DNA of 64,000 bases from Candidatus Poribacteria bacterium (GTDB lineage Bacteria > Poribacteria > WGA-4E > WGA-3G): positions 1,344,001 to 1,408,000 of the forward strand of contig OZ219753.1 in assembly GCA_964291315.2 (NCBI GenBank), read 5' to 3'. Of the stretch, positions 50,095 through 60,560 are shown piece after piece; position 1 is the first letter of the stretch; each line of letters starts with the position of its first letter. The position numbers and the translations under genes are program-made. A model generated the notes under the pieces. The model was not told where the DNA came from and made no database searches. It saw nothing but the letters and a program-made list of their open reading frames with translations.

Positions 50095-51024
50095 TTAAGC
50101 GTGGCGGGGCCCCAGCGCGTAGGCAGGAGTGTCACCGAGATTGTCAATCAGCCAACCGCGTAAAGGCACATCATCTTCGGAAGGAACGTAGCGTCCGTTG
50201 TTTCTCGTAGCGGCACCGAGGAGCTGCCGACGGATCGGATCGCACCGGTCGTAGAGCGGTTCAACCGTCATCTCGTCTTTCGGACGAATCCAGCGGTAGC
50301 CATAACCGTAGAAGAGTGCCTTGCGGGTGATTTGGGAGTGATTCGGACTCCGCGAGTGCCAAAGCCTTCTATCGAACAGCACTGCCGTTCCAGGCTCCAC
50401 ACAGACCGGCATGGCATCATCGGGCACATCATCCGCAGCCGCTTCGCGCGGATCACGACTCATCTCGGACACGGGCACCGACATATCTGACTTGAGATGG
50501 CTCCCGGGGCGGATATAGAAGTTACCGCGGCCGGGTTCAGAGACATCCGTGAGGAAATATGCCACCTTCAGTGACAAACGCGGACGCGGATTCGTTTCCA
50601 TCTCAAGGTTAACCCGCCCACTGTCTTGATGCCACTCCAACCACCCGTCACACTCTTCTGCATCTGGGGCCGCTGGCGGTTTGACGTGCATGTGGGCGTG
50701 ATAGAGGTAGATATTCCATCCCAAAATGCCCCACACTTTCGGTAACGTCGTCGGGAGATCGACAAGGTTTAGGAGTGAGTCGTCGCTACCTAGGAAATCT
50801 GACCAGCCCCAGGGCGAACCGGGTGTCGCTCTACCGGAAGCTAGAGCTCTCTTATGCAAGGTGTCTACAGCTTTTATGAGTTGTTCGCGCATCTCGCTGG
50901 AGAAGGCGTTTGGGACATACAAATAACCATGTTCCTCAAAAAAGAGGTGCTCCTCTTCTGTGATGAGATGGGCAAGATACTTTTCGGGTGAAGCCGCCAT
51001 GCCCATATGAAGAAGTTCTTTCAT
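50095..51024 (-). CDS. PhyH/ectoine hydroxylase-like 2OG-Fe(II) oxygenase
   Basis: WHQDSG, SLKVAYFLTD, PGSH, DRRLWH. Confidence 0.85.
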   Translation of the reverse strand: MKELLHMGMAASPEKYLAHLITEEEHLFFEEHGYLYVPNAFSSEMREQLIKAVDTLHKRALASGRATPGSPWGWSDFLGSDDSLLNLVDLPTTLPKVWGILGWNIYLYHAHMHVKPPAAPDAEECDGWLEWHQDSGRVNLEMETNPRPRLSLKVAYFLTDVSEPGRGNFYIRPGSHLKSDMSVPVSEMSRDPREAAADDVPDDAMPVCVEPGTAVLFDRRLWHSRSPNHSQITRKALFYGYGYRWIRPKDEMTVEPLYDRCDPIRRQLLGAATRNNGRYVPSEDDVPLRGWLIDNLGDTPAYALGPRHA

Positions 51025-51112
51025 AGTCCATGCTCCTTAGTCACACAAGCGTTGCATTTTCTAATAGAGATCCGAACGAGGATATTGGAGTTAGAAGACC
51101 GTCCGACAATGA

Positions 51113-51976
51113 TTACCGCACATACCGTGAAAGATATTCGCGGGAGCGGCGTAAGCCGTCAGACTCTCCCTCCCACGTTCGCCAATAGCGGTAATCTTCC
51201 AATTCTACGCTGACGATCCCGTCAAAACCTTCATCTTCTAAACGTTGTACCACTTTCAGCCAATCTACAATGCCGTCTCCAGGAATAGTGTAACGCCACC
51301 AATCTTCGCCAAAGCCGCGTGCGTTACGAAAACTGGGCCCCAAATTACCGTGCAAATAGAGAGCCTCTTCATCAAAAGCCGTGTCTTTGCCGTGCACATG
51401 TTTTACATAGGACGCAAATTCATCTAAGGCGCGGAGGCAGTCGATACCGATTCTGACGAGGTGGGATGGATCGTAGTTAAGTCCTAAACCGGGAGATGGA
51501 CACGCCTCAAACATCGCCCGCCACATTTCCGGCGTGCAACCGAGAGCCGGGTAAACAGGGCCAGGCCCGGGCCAACCTTCAATAGCAATCGTCACATCCT
51601 TAGATGCCGCAAACTCAGCGATCGGTGGGATAGTGTCCTTCCAAATCTCAAAGTTTTTTGCACGACCAAGACTCGCATCTTCAGGGACAAAGACACAGAA
51701 CATGATATGCACACCGTTGTCTGCAGCGGCTTCAATCGCGGCTTTTGCTGCTGCAGCACCAGATTTCTGTTTGGACATCTTAGGACTGAGGAGTTCTCTA
51801 ACACCCGGAAGATCAGCCGTGCCGATGACGAGTCCGGCGTCCCTTGCAGTTTGGACAATTTCCGGGGTGGTTTCTCCAATATCAATAGCTTCAAACCCGT
51901 TATCTGCACACCACTTACAGAAATCTGCAAAAGGCAGTTGACGGGCTGCACCGGGAATACGTAATCCAATTTTCAT
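51113..51976 (-). CDS. Sugar phosphate isomerase/epimerase (AP endonuclease 2 TIM barrel)
   Basis: IAIEGWP, NYDPSH, HVHGKD, VSVELED. Confidence 0.85.
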   Translation of the reverse strand: MKIGLRIPGAARQLPFADFCKWCADNGFEAIDIGETTPEIVQTARDAGLVIGTADLPGVRELLSPKMSKQKSGAAAAKAAIEAAADNGVHIMFCVFVPEDASLGRAKNFEIWKDTIPPIAEFAASKDVTIAIEGWPGPGPVYPALGCTPEMWRAMFEACPSPGLGLNYDPSHLVRIGIDCLRALDEFASYVKHVHGKDTAFDEEALYLHGNLGPSFRNARGFGEDWWRYTIPGDGIVDWLKVVQRLEDEGFDGIVSVELEDYRYWRTWEGESDGLRRSREYLSRYVR

Positions 51977-52140
51977 GACATATCCTTTTATAAAATTTAT
52001 CTGTTAATGCAGGTAGTAATTGACGAGTTAGGTTTCGCTGCCCTTTTCGCTTGAAGGTTTAATTTAGCCTTCTGTATAAAAACCGGAGTGTCGGTGTATG
52101 ACCGCTCAACCTGATAATTGTAAGCTAACAACCGACAGCC

Positions 52141-53361
52141 TTAAAATCCCATCAGACCGCAGCATCTTCGACAGACAGGCATTGGCCCATCATTGCTTAG
52201 GGACTGCCGGAATTTCAGCGCCTTCTGATTGTTCCACATATCGACAACTCTGTCTGTTTTGATGTTGCCGATGATGTAATCGTGGTAATCACGGCAGAGA
52301 CTAACATCACCGTTGCTATCAATTTCCATTGTCATGTAGATGCTAACACACTGGTTGTACCCAAAAGTTTGACGGTGATCGGTATAATAATCTTGAATGT
52401 CGCTAGGCGTGTTGAGCCGTGGCATCATAATAGGCGGGCACTTCTGCTGCTTTTCGGAAAGGCTTTCCATCTCTTCAAATCGGTCAAGAATGACCCCGTG
52501 GTCGAAGTCCTTCCATGTGCCTATCCAGCCGTAGTGTGTCTGTGGCTTGAAACCGAAGCGGCTCTCAAAATCTTCCGTGTGTTCCTGCGCAGATTCCGAA
52601 TCTATCCACCAGGTGAGATAAAAGATCTGGGCATCAGCATATTGACTGGTGAACTTATAGAGGTCTACAACAACGTCTATATTATACATTGTAACGCAGC
52701 TGAGCGGGATAATATAAGGAAACTTTATGTTCCGTTTCTCTTTTTCTGCGCTGAGCGTTTCTAACGCAGCCTTGACATCTTTGAAGTTGTCGTAGTTTGG
52801 CGTTAAACCGGGGCGTTGTGTATTGTGAATCTCCTCGTTCGGCCCATCAACGCTCAAGTAGACAATTTTACAAGTTTCTAGAATATCTTCGGCACGTCTC
52901 GCGATGTGTGTTGCGTTGCTCACAAGCGATATAGGCATTCCGCGCTCTTTGATGTAGTGAAGCAACTCTGTAATCCCAGGGTAAAGCATCGGTTCGCCGC
53001 CCCAGATATACCACACCGGAGACCAGCCCGCTTCCACAATCTGATCTACAAGATTCTTATAGACCTCAAGCGGAACCTCGCGATTCTTGAGTTCCTTCAT
53101 CGACTTCCCGAGTAGGTAGCCGTTATCTCCCCACTGTCCACAAGAATGGCAACGGAGATTACACATATCGGTAATGCGGAGGCTTACCAATTCGATGGCA
53201 TCGCCTCTGCCGTGTTTGGCACCGAGCGGATGTCGCCAATTGAAACTTTCCTTGGCGAGCTGATAGCCAACGAACTTTCTGGAAGTGCGCCAGTCTTCCG
53301 TTATAGCAGTGGCGAGTTCATTGACAAAAAAACGGGGTGAGATTCGACTACGTAGTGCCAT
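52141..53361 (-). CDS. Radical SAM protein with SPASM/twitch domain
   Basis: CNLRCHSC, GGEP, C-terminal C..GDVSLC..IGN..CRRCC; ATG 53361 after AGGAG. Confidence 0.88.
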   Translation of the reverse strand: MALRSRISPRFFVNELATAITEDWRTSRKFVGYQLAKESFNWRHPLGAKHGRGDAIELVSLRITDMCNLRCHSCGQWGDNGYLLGKSMKELKNREVPLEVYKNLVDQIVEAGWSPVWYIWGGEPMLYPGITELLHYIKERGMPISLVSNATHIARRAEDILETCKIVYLSVDGPNEEIHNTQRPGLTPNYDNFKDVKAALETLSAEKEKRNIKFPYIIPLSCVTMYNIDVVVDLYKFTSQYADAQIFYLTWWIDSESAQEHTEDFESRFGFKPQTHYGWIGTWKDFDHGVILDRFEEMESLSEKQQKCPPIMMPRLNTPSDIQDYYTDHRQTFGYNQCVSIYMTMEIDSNGDVSLCRDYHDYIIGNIKTDRVVDMWNNQKALKFRQSLSNDGPMPVCRRCCGLMGF

Positions 53362-53484
53362 CAATTCTCCTTTGTTTGTAGCAGTCAGCAATTAGAAGTT
53401 AGAGACCCGTTGCGGTAAGCAAAATAATTACAACACCTACAACGAAGTATTGGAAGTACAACCCCTCTTACAACCGATGACCGT

Positions 53485-53898
53485 CTAGGATGTGTCTTCT
53501 GATTTTACTAGTGTAAGCGCCGCTGAGTTCATACAATAACGTTTGCCGGTTGGCTCAGGCCCGTCATCGAAGACGTGCCCGAGATGTGCGTCGCACCGAC
53601 TGCAGACGACCTCAGTACGCGGCATCAAAAATAAGCTAAAATCCAATTTTGTTTCAACAGATTCGGGGCTGATAGATTCCGAAAAGCTCGGCCACCCTGT
53701 CCCTGAATCGTATTTGGTTTCGGAACTGAAAAGCGGGCTTCCACAGCAGATACAGTGGTAAATTCCTTTTTCTTTACAATCGTGATATTTCCCCGTGAAG
53801 GCCCGTTCCGTGCCCTTCTTCCGGGTTACTTTGTATTCTTCCGGTGTCAGTTGTGATTTCCATTCTTTTTCTGGTTTGACAATCTTTTCTCTATCCAT
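53485..53898 (-). CDS. msrB: Peptide-methionine (R)-S-oxide reductase
   Basis: [26 protein letters not shown]; two CxxC Zn motifs. Confidence 0.95.
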   Translation of the reverse strand: MDREKIVKPEKEWKSQLTPEEYKVTRKKGTERAFTGKYHDCKEKGIYHCICCGSPLFSSETKYDSGTGWPSFSESISPESVETKLDFSLFLMPRTEVVCSRCDAHLGHVFDDGPEPTGKRYCMNSAALTLVKSEDTS

Positions 53899-54141
53899 TT
53901 TTCGTTCCTTGTAGTTCTGTTGTAAGAAATTTTTCTCCGCTGAAGTACATCAGAATCGGTATTGGCATAGGCAAACGTTGAATTAAACTCAAAACTGGAG
54001 GCTGCAACAGAGCACAACGTCCAGATTTAATGCACAAAAAACCTTGAAAAGTAATATGCCATATTTTCAAAAAAAAAACAAGCAGGTTTTCATAACGTAT
54101 CGGGCAACAACTGAAAACCGACACCTGAAAACCGACACCCG

Positions 54142-55356
54142 TCAACTACCATTTGCTCGCTTCGGCTTAACCGACCCTAAAACTCTGCATTTCGTTGCTG
54201 ATAAAATTTCATATCGCACCCCACCCCAGGTGATTTTGCGTTGGAATATAGAATATAAGGCGTTGATGCCTCCGAGAAATGCCGAAATTGAAGTGACATA
54301 AGAGGTTACACCGATTGTTTCCCGCATCTTAGGCATTTCGCGAAGCCACTGCGGTAGGTTTTTGGTGTAGAGCCTGTAACCAAACGCCTCTAAGAATGGA
54401 ATGAGAACGATCGGTAAGAGACCTTCACGATAAAATGAAAACGGAATCGCCCCAAATACACAGAGACCCTTCGGTAAAAACACAATGAGACTCGTAAGCC
54501 ACTGCGTCCAAAGTCCCATGTGAAGAGTCATAATCATCTGACGGTTCGTAAATTCGACGATTTGGCGCCACGTGCGATCGGTAGTACGTGTGACCACTAC
54601 ACAGTCTGGAACAAAATGGACCTTCTGTTTAACATCTTTCATTGCCAGGGTCGTATTGTGGTCTTCAATGGCTGCCTCTTCCCAACGTTGAAGAATGTGT
54701 GCCTTCTCAAGCATCTCACGGCGGAACGCGTTAGAGCCACCCCAGACTAATGATAACGGGTGGTCACCCTGGAAACTCATTTGAAAGTTTACCCAGACGG
54801 CTTCCACAAGCGAGGCAATGTTCCATGTTTGTGGAAAATAGAATCGACCCCCCACGGTCGTTCCTATGTCCTGTTCTTGGAGCGGATTCACAAGCAGTGT
54901 TAACCAATTTTCCTGAGTAACGACATCGGCATCTACAAACGCTATGACTTCGATATCGTCTGGAAGTTGCTCTATTACCGTCAGAAGATTCTGCACCTTC
55001 TGTGAACGAGGGAACTTATTGTCGACGATGTTCGGTGCTAATAAGACATGGACATTTGGGTGCGGTTCTGCAATTTCACACAGATGGGGATAGGAGACAT
55101 CATACCCAGCGTCCGCTTTTTCGTGTGTGACGAAGAAGATTTCGTACGCACCAGTGTAATCTTGATGCAAGAGCCTTTGCGTGTGCTCTGCTGTATGAGC
55201 ATCCCATCCATAGTGAGGCGCGATGACCCCTACCTTCGGTGTATAGGCTGGCCGCTTCGCGTTACGTTCGCGCCGTGTGTACAAAAAAGATCGACTAATG
55301 ATGAGAATTTCAATAATAAAGAAGAAGTAAGCAGTTACAATAATGTAGGTTTGCAT
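54142..55356 (-). CDS. GT2 glycosyltransferase, ceramide glucosyltransferase/HpnI-like
   Basis: N-terminal TM, SQKVQNL, FVDAD, WGGS, IED, FTNRQ, ITWGG..Y. Confidence 0.75.
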   Translation of the reverse strand: MQTYIIVTAYFFFIIEILIISRSFLYTRRERNAKRPAYTPKVGVIAPHYGWDAHTAEHTQRLLHQDYTGAYEIFFVTHEKADAGYDVSYPHLCEIAEPHPNVHVLLAPNIVDNKFPRSQKVQNLLTVIEQLPDDIEVIAFVDADVVTQENWLTLLVNPLQEQDIGTTVGGRFYFPQTWNIASLVEAVWVNFQMSFQGDHPLSLVWGGSNAFRREMLEKAHILQRWEEAAIEDHNTTLAMKDVKQKVHFVPDCVVVTRTTDRTWRQIVEFTNRQMIMTLHMGLWTQWLTSLIVFLPKGLCVFGAIPFSFYREGLLPIVLIPFLEAFGYRLYTKNLPQWLREMPKMRETIGVTSYVTSISAFLGGINALYSIFQRKITWGGVRYEILSATKCRVLGSVKPKRANGS

Positions 55357-55367
55357 AACATTTTTAA

Positions 55368-55510
55368 TGGCCGTCAGGTTGCTTCGCCCTCAGGCATCAA
55401 CCGTCAACAGGGCATTATAGAGAATTAAGAATGTCCAGGCCTCCACAAATGAATTCTTGAAAGGCACCTGCTGATAGGGACATAACACACGCACTGATAG
55501 CTGATAGCCA
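55368..55510. repeat. Intergenic element with heptamer-repeat arms
   Basis: GGCCGTCAG...CATCAACCGTCAAC left arm; CTGATAG CTGATAG CC right arm (55494-55509). Confidence 0.5.
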
Positions 55511-55511
55511 C

Positions 55512-57383
55512 CTACCTACGAAGCAGAGCGAGTGTCGTTTTCAGTTTCGGAACCAATTCTGCATTAAGCAGGAAAATTGAATCGGGTTCATGTAGCAGCC
55601 GTCCATAAAAACGTCCAGAGGCATCTGTTTTACCAATATACAGAGTGTATACTTTCTGATTCCGCAATTCGAGGGTCAGGTGAACATGCGGGTTACTGAA
55701 CCCTGTAGTGCTGTCCGTCGGGATACGGTCGCCCACTATAAATGCGTCTGCCATTAGGTTATCAAGTTCATAGAGGATACCGTTTACCTCTCTGTTGTTT
55801 GCTGCCTCTTTCACCGGGGCAGTGAGCCGCCAGTTCGTTCCGAGACGTTGACATGTGAAGGACATCATATCTTGTCCACGCAAAGTGAGTCGAACGGCAT
55901 CGTCGATATGGAAATTAAGCACCTGTTTATCTCGTAACCACGCTACCCCGAGTGCAATCTTGTCGATAAGTGCACGTTCAACGCGCGCGACTTCGGACGA
56001 ATCTTCAGATTTGACATAGACAGTCTCGTTTTCCGCGAAGTCTCCGATAAGTAAAACAGCAGGCTTTTTTTCGTCCGGTTGCGTAAACGCCACCTTAATT
56101 GAGGGGGCTGCTAACCCGTACATGTTGAGGTCTTTAGCAGGCGATGCAACAAACGCGACGGCTTCAAGTGAATCTACGCCAAAAAGTAGATCGCTAACTG
56201 CCTTCGTATCTGCCTTTATTTTCTCGGTCGGTGTTTGCAGTTCCCATATATTATCATACCCCTTTGTGCAGACAGTGTTTGGTTGTCCTTTTATTGAAAT
56301 AGTAAAGCGGTTTGTGGCAGTACGCTGAAAGTCGATAACCCGCTTATCGCGTAGATCCAAAATAGATGTGTTGAGAAGACGATAGATATCGTCAGAGACA
56401 GTGTAGACGGAATAGTGTGCTTCAGTGTCTTGGCTGTCGGATCTCATGCTAGCAACCTCTTTTCCCTTGCTGACTGCTGACTTGACGTAGACGTGTCTCT
56501 CTTTTCCGTTTTCTGTTGGAACTGCTGAACCGATGGCTAGCGCGTAAGAAGTCTCTTTATCTGTGAGCGTCACGTGAATACGGGGTGCGGCTAATCCATA
56601 CTTTTCTAATTCCGTCGGAGTGGTCAAATTTGTACCATCTGCTTCAAATGTTGATACCTGCAATAAGAGCAGTTCTGAAAAAAGCCCCTCGATTTCTTGA
56701 GCATCCGCCTTCGTTTCGATCGGATGTGTAAGATACCAGGTATCGTTCCGCTTTTCACAATTCAGCGTTTTTGATGCTACGATTGAGCTTTCAGCCTCAG
56801 GCATAAATTGGATATTAGACACCGTCTCCGGGTTAAACGCAAAAACTGATCTGCTGCGGAGATCAGTCGGTGCCTTCGTTAGATCATCAAGCGCACTGGA
56901 TTCGATGAGGAAAATGTGGGCTTCTGATCGCTCTTTGATATAAACGGAATAATTAATTGCTTTTTTTCCGATAAAGAAAGTTGCCACCGGTGAATTGCCA
57001 TCGGTCCAGAGTGAGAGTGTTATAGTGGGTGCATCCAGACCGTACTGGGTTAATTCTGGCACATCAAGGGTGAGTTTAACACGTTTGGTGAGAATATCGT
57101 CTAACATCTGATTCACTTTTTCATTATCTGCGCGTGCCAAAAACGGAACCTTTAACTGCCAATTTCCTATTGCGTCTTTTATCAATTTTAGGTTTTGATA
57201 TGCTGCATCTGCGAACAGAAGTTCCACCCGTTGGACACTGTTGTGCTCTATGTTGTAGACTTCGTGAATAGGAGGTCTTTCATTTGCCAGGCCTTTATGA
57301 GTCGGTTCTTGAAGAAATAGGAAATACGTCACAGCAATACCTATGAGGAGAATAATAATGACAAGGGTTGTCCGAAAATTCAT
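55512..57383 (-). CDS. DUF4340 domain protein (three repeats)
   Basis: N-terminal TM; repeated W-x-L...AD...YGL..P...IG and LRD/LRS motifs; follows GldG. Confidence 0.8.
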   Translation of the reverse strand: MNFRTTLVIIILLIGIAVTYFLFLQEPTHKGLANERPPIHEVYNIEHNSVQRVELLFADAAYQNLKLIKDAIGNWQLKVPFLARADNEKVNQMLDDILTKRVKLTLDVPELTQYGLDAPTITLSLWTDGNSPVATFFIGKKAINYSVYIKERSEAHIFLIESSALDDLTKAPTDLRSRSVFAFNPETVSNIQFMPEAESSIVASKTLNCEKRNDTWYLTHPIETKADAQEIEGLFSELLLLQVSTFEADGTNLTTPTELEKYGLAAPRIHVTLTDKETSYALAIGSAVPTENGKERHVYVKSAVSKGKEVASMRSDSQDTEAHYSVYTVSDDIYRLLNTSILDLRDKRVIDFQRTATNRFTISIKGQPNTVCTKGYDNIWELQTPTEKIKADTKAVSDLLFGVDSLEAVAFVASPAKDLNMYGLAAPSIKVAFTQPDEKKPAVLLIGDFAENETVYVKSEDSSEVARVERALIDKIALGVAWLRDKQVLNFHIDDAVRLTLRGQDMMSFTCQRLGTNWRLTAPVKEAANNREVNGILYELDNLMADAFIVGDRIPTDSTTGFSNPHVHLTLELRNQKVYTLYIGKTDASGRFYGRLLHEPDSIFLLNAELVPKLKTTLALLRR

Positions 57384-58975
57384 CCAATCTCTCCTTTACG
57401 GCGTTGCCGCCAGACAATTAACCCAGCAATAAAGACGATAGAGGGTATCAGAAAAACGGATGTTATCTGTACCAAGCGGATATCTTGAATGCGCATCTGA
57501 CGGAGTGCCTGTTTTTGCAAGTCAATCGGGCGGATGGCAATAAGATCCTCCTCTAACGAGAGCCAATTGATTGCACCTAAAAAGAGGTCTCGATTTGCCT
57601 CGCGTAGATAGGCGTTCGCTGCGAGACCTGAATCCCCAAAAACAACAATCCGGGTAGCAGAACCTGTCCCTTCAGCTGCTTTGTCATTGTCGACCTTCTC
57701 CTCAACAGCAACAGCGACGGATACAGGGGGTGGGGTGTCTACACCAGCGGTATAGCTGAATTCATTGCTGAAAGCGCCATCACTGCCACGCCCGGTTTCT
57801 CCCCAGCTGTCTTGCACACCGCCAATGGTCTTCGCAAGTGATTTAACGCTGAGGTTTGCTGGCATATCTGCAGCTGGCGTGACAGAGCGCGTTGCGTGAA
57901 ATGCTACTAAATCCCGCATGGCGCGTGTAATCTCATGCAATTCAATTCCCGGCACTGGTACACTAGGGCCAAACAGTGGAACAAACTGCGCTTCATCAAT
58001 TACAAGATCGTTGCCTATCGTGACACCCCATCTCTTCATGAGTCGAACGAGCCCGCTGTTGACATCTTTTGCAGAGGTAAGTGAGGGGTCTATCATCAAA
58101 AACAATTTTCCCTTGCGTGCCAAGTATTTCGTTACGATATCAATTTCATGACGCGTCAAAGCGGTCTTTGGCCCCGCAATAACTAGGACTTCACAATCCG
58201 ATGGAATGTCCGGTTCTGTCAACAACGAGAGTGAAAATGCGGTATAGTTCTGATTTTCTAGTTCTGACCGTATACCGCTGTATCCGTCGTCACTGAAATC
58301 CTCTATGCTGTGTTCTTCATGACCGATAAGGAAGTATATTTTTTTTGTTTCGTCTTTGATGAGTTTAAGGATCGCACTCGTGAATTTCTGCTCCTCGATT
58401 ATTGTTACCTTTTCATGTCGTGTATCACTTTCAAAAACGACCGTTCCATCTACGCGAATATTATATTTATCCGCAAGAATTTGGTCAACATACGGGTTTG
58501 CGTAAGAGACTGTCAGAAATTCAGTTTCACGCTGATATAATTCTAACATATCCCTGGCACGTCGCTGGTTTTGTGCCGGAATATTTCGCCCTAAAAATGC
58601 GATAACACGGATATCTTGATCGACAGATTTCAGGATTTTTCGACTCTGTTCCGATAGGGTGTACAATTGATTAAACGTGATGTCTACTCTTTTATCAAAA
58701 TGCTGCACAACAATGGTGTTCACGAAGACTGCGATGCCAACAACGCCGATGATACTCAGGGCAACGTTCGCCCCGTACCGCGCTTGGCGGCTGACGAAAA
58801 ATGCTATCACCTCTGAAGATCTTAAGGAAACAAAAATGACAAACGAAACGAGGGCAAGCAGCAGACATATCCAAAAGACGATCTGCACTTGGAATATCCA
58901 ATTGGCGATAGCAACAAAAATAAAAATTAAAGTCAGAAGTCCAAAGAGGAGCCCGGTAATGCTTTTATTACCCAT
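57380..58975 (-). CDS. GldG-family ABC transporter auxiliary/substrate-binding protein
   Basis: RVDIT..LYTLS, YFLIGHEE, LVIAGP, VVFGDS, NRDLF..INWL, C-terminal TM. Confidence 0.85.
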   Translation of the reverse strand: MGNKSITGLLFGLLTLIFIFVAIANWIFQVQIVFWICLLLALVSFVIFVSLRSSEVIAFFVSRQARYGANVALSIIGVVGIAVFVNTIVVQHFDKRVDITFNQLYTLSEQSRKILKSVDQDIRVIAFLGRNIPAQNQRRARDMLELYQRETEFLTVSYANPYVDQILADKYNIRVDGTVVFESDTRHEKVTIIEEQKFTSAILKLIKDETKKIYFLIGHEEHSIEDFSDDGYSGIRSELENQNYTAFSLSLLTEPDIPSDCEVLVIAGPKTALTRHEIDIVTKYLARKGKLFLMIDPSLTSAKDVNSGLVRLMKRWGVTIGNDLVIDEAQFVPLFGPSVPVPGIELHEITRAMRDLVAFHATRSVTPAADMPANLSVKSLAKTIGGVQDSWGETGRGSDGAFSNEFSYTAGVDTPPPVSVAVAVEEKVDNDKAAEGTGSATRIVVFGDSGLAANAYLREANRDLFLGAINWLSLEEDLIAIRPIDLQKQALRQMRIQDIRLVQITSVFLIPSIVFIAGLIVWRQRRKGEIG

Positions 58976-58978
58976 ACC

Positions 58979-59704
58979 TTACCTCCATTTAGATGACTCG
59001 ATGGACTTGAATGTCGCAAACAGACAAATGCACGTGAAGCTGATGTAGTAGACAACATCTTTCACTAGGATAACGCCCCGTCCAAAGTCAGAATAGTGTT
59101 CAGGTAAGGACAGATACCCAAAGAATTTCCCGATTGGACCACCGCGCGCTGAGAGCGAACCGATGACCCAAAGCGTTATCAGAGTACCGAAGCTAGTCAA
59201 CGCTGCAACAAGCTGGTTTTTACACATTGATGACATTAACAAGCCCAACGCAAGAAAAAAGGAACTAATCAGGAGGAGGCCGAAATAACCGCTTAGCAAC
59301 GGGCCGACATCTAGATAACCGAAGCGTCGTGTGAGTAAGGGGAACAGAAATGTCAAGGCAAGCATAATGAGGACCAGTGTACAACTCGCCAGAAACTTGC
59401 CTAAGACAACCTGTCCGTCTGTAATTGGGGCGGTAAGAAGCAATTCAAGCGTCCCCGATTTCCGTTCTTCAGCGAAGAGTTTCATTGTCAAAACGGGCGT
59501 AAAGAAGAGTAGAATGATAGCCATATTGCCGAAGAGCGTTTGCATCACATCCGCGCCGGTGCCCCCAATGTTACTTGTACTAGTTAGCAGAATAGAAAAA
59601 AGGAAGCCTGAAATCGCTGTGAAGACAAAACAGACGAAATAGGCGATCGGCGAGACGAAATACGTATATAGTTCTTTTGTGCAAACGGCGAGGATATTTC
59701 TCAT
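58979..59704 (-). CDS. ABC-2 type permease (GldF-like)
   Basis: KELYTYFVSPIAY, LTMKLFAEERKSGTLELLLT, VLGKF, NQLVAA. Confidence 0.88.
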   Translation of the reverse strand: MRNILAVCTKELYTYFVSPIAYFVCFVFTAISGFLFSILLTSTSNIGGTGADVMQTLFGNMAIILLFFTPVLTMKLFAEERKSGTLELLLTAPITDGQVVLGKFLASCTLVLIMLALTFLFPLLTRRFGYLDVGPLLSGYFGLLLISSFFLALGLLMSSMCKNQLVAALTSFGTLITLWVIGSLSARGGPIGKFFGYLSLPEHYSDFGRGVILVKDVVYYISFTCICLFATFKSIESSKWR

Positions 59705-59782
59705 TGTGGCTATTGGCGGTTGGCATTAATTGGTAAGAAAATTACCAATTCCTAGAAGAACGCGTAGCGAACGTCCTAACCG

Positions 59783-60520
59783 CTATCTGCTAAATTGTTT
59801 CCGTACTTTTCCGACAAAGAAAGGACCAAGTGAGTCAATATATCGAGTCGTCTGTTCCGTTTGGCGCATATCTTGTATCAGCCGTGACAATGGATATAGC
59901 TCAGGCCCAACTACCCCGATCACAAATTCGTTGTCGTTGGTGTCTAACCCAAAACAAGCAAGCCGGATATCGCTAGCATATCCCCCGGCAGCATAGCTGC
60001 GTCCAAGCATGGCATGTTCACCCAAAATTCTACCTTTTTCGCGACGTTCAAGCCGATAGAATTCAGGTTTTCGGCGTAGCGGATACCAAATCGCCCAGGG
60101 GAAGTCAGGGTTCAGAACGTTTTGAAGAGGGATGTTGATAAGCCACCTTTCTAAATTCGGCTCTCTGCCGCTCGAATAGGTGCGACCTACCATTGTCATT
60201 TCTGAACGGTATAACAGATTGGGCATTTCTTGTGTTTTTAAGAGCAGCGATCTCGATTCCGCCATCAACGCCGCTGGATCCTCTGCGGCAAAAAGGACCC
60301 CTATACCTGTCGGATGATTCAAATCATCGTATAACACTGCATTTAAACAGCTCTTTTCGAGGGTTTCAATAATCAATTGTGTTGCCGAACAGTTTTCAAA
60401 GATATGGAGTTGAAAAAACAGTCTCCGCTCGCTAACTTGCGGTTTTCCATCGATCGGCGCACCGATTTCGCGCATATCTATCGGCTCAGGTTGTGCAGGG
60501 CTCTTGCGTTCCGTGTTCAT
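59783..60520 (-). CDS. Chlorite dismutase/coproheme decarboxylase (Cld/ChdC) family heme protein
   Basis: WYPLRR...FY.L...ILGEHAMLGRSY (proximal His), FGLDTNDNEFVIG, GPFFVG. Confidence 0.78.
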   Translation of the reverse strand: MNTERKSPAQPEPIDMREIGAPIDGKPQVSERRLFFQLHIFENCSATQLIIETLEKSCLNAVLYDDLNHPTGIGVLFAAEDPAALMAESRSLLLKTQEMPNLLYRSEMTMVGRTYSSGREPNLERWLINIPLQNVLNPDFPWAIWYPLRRKPEFYRLERREKGRILGEHAMLGRSYAAGGYASDIRLACFGLDTNDNEFVIGVVGPELYPLSRLIQDMRQTEQTTRYIDSLGPFFVGKVRKQFSR

Positions 60521-60560
60521 AATTTTTAGGAAATTGCGACTATCCTACCGTTTATGTTGT

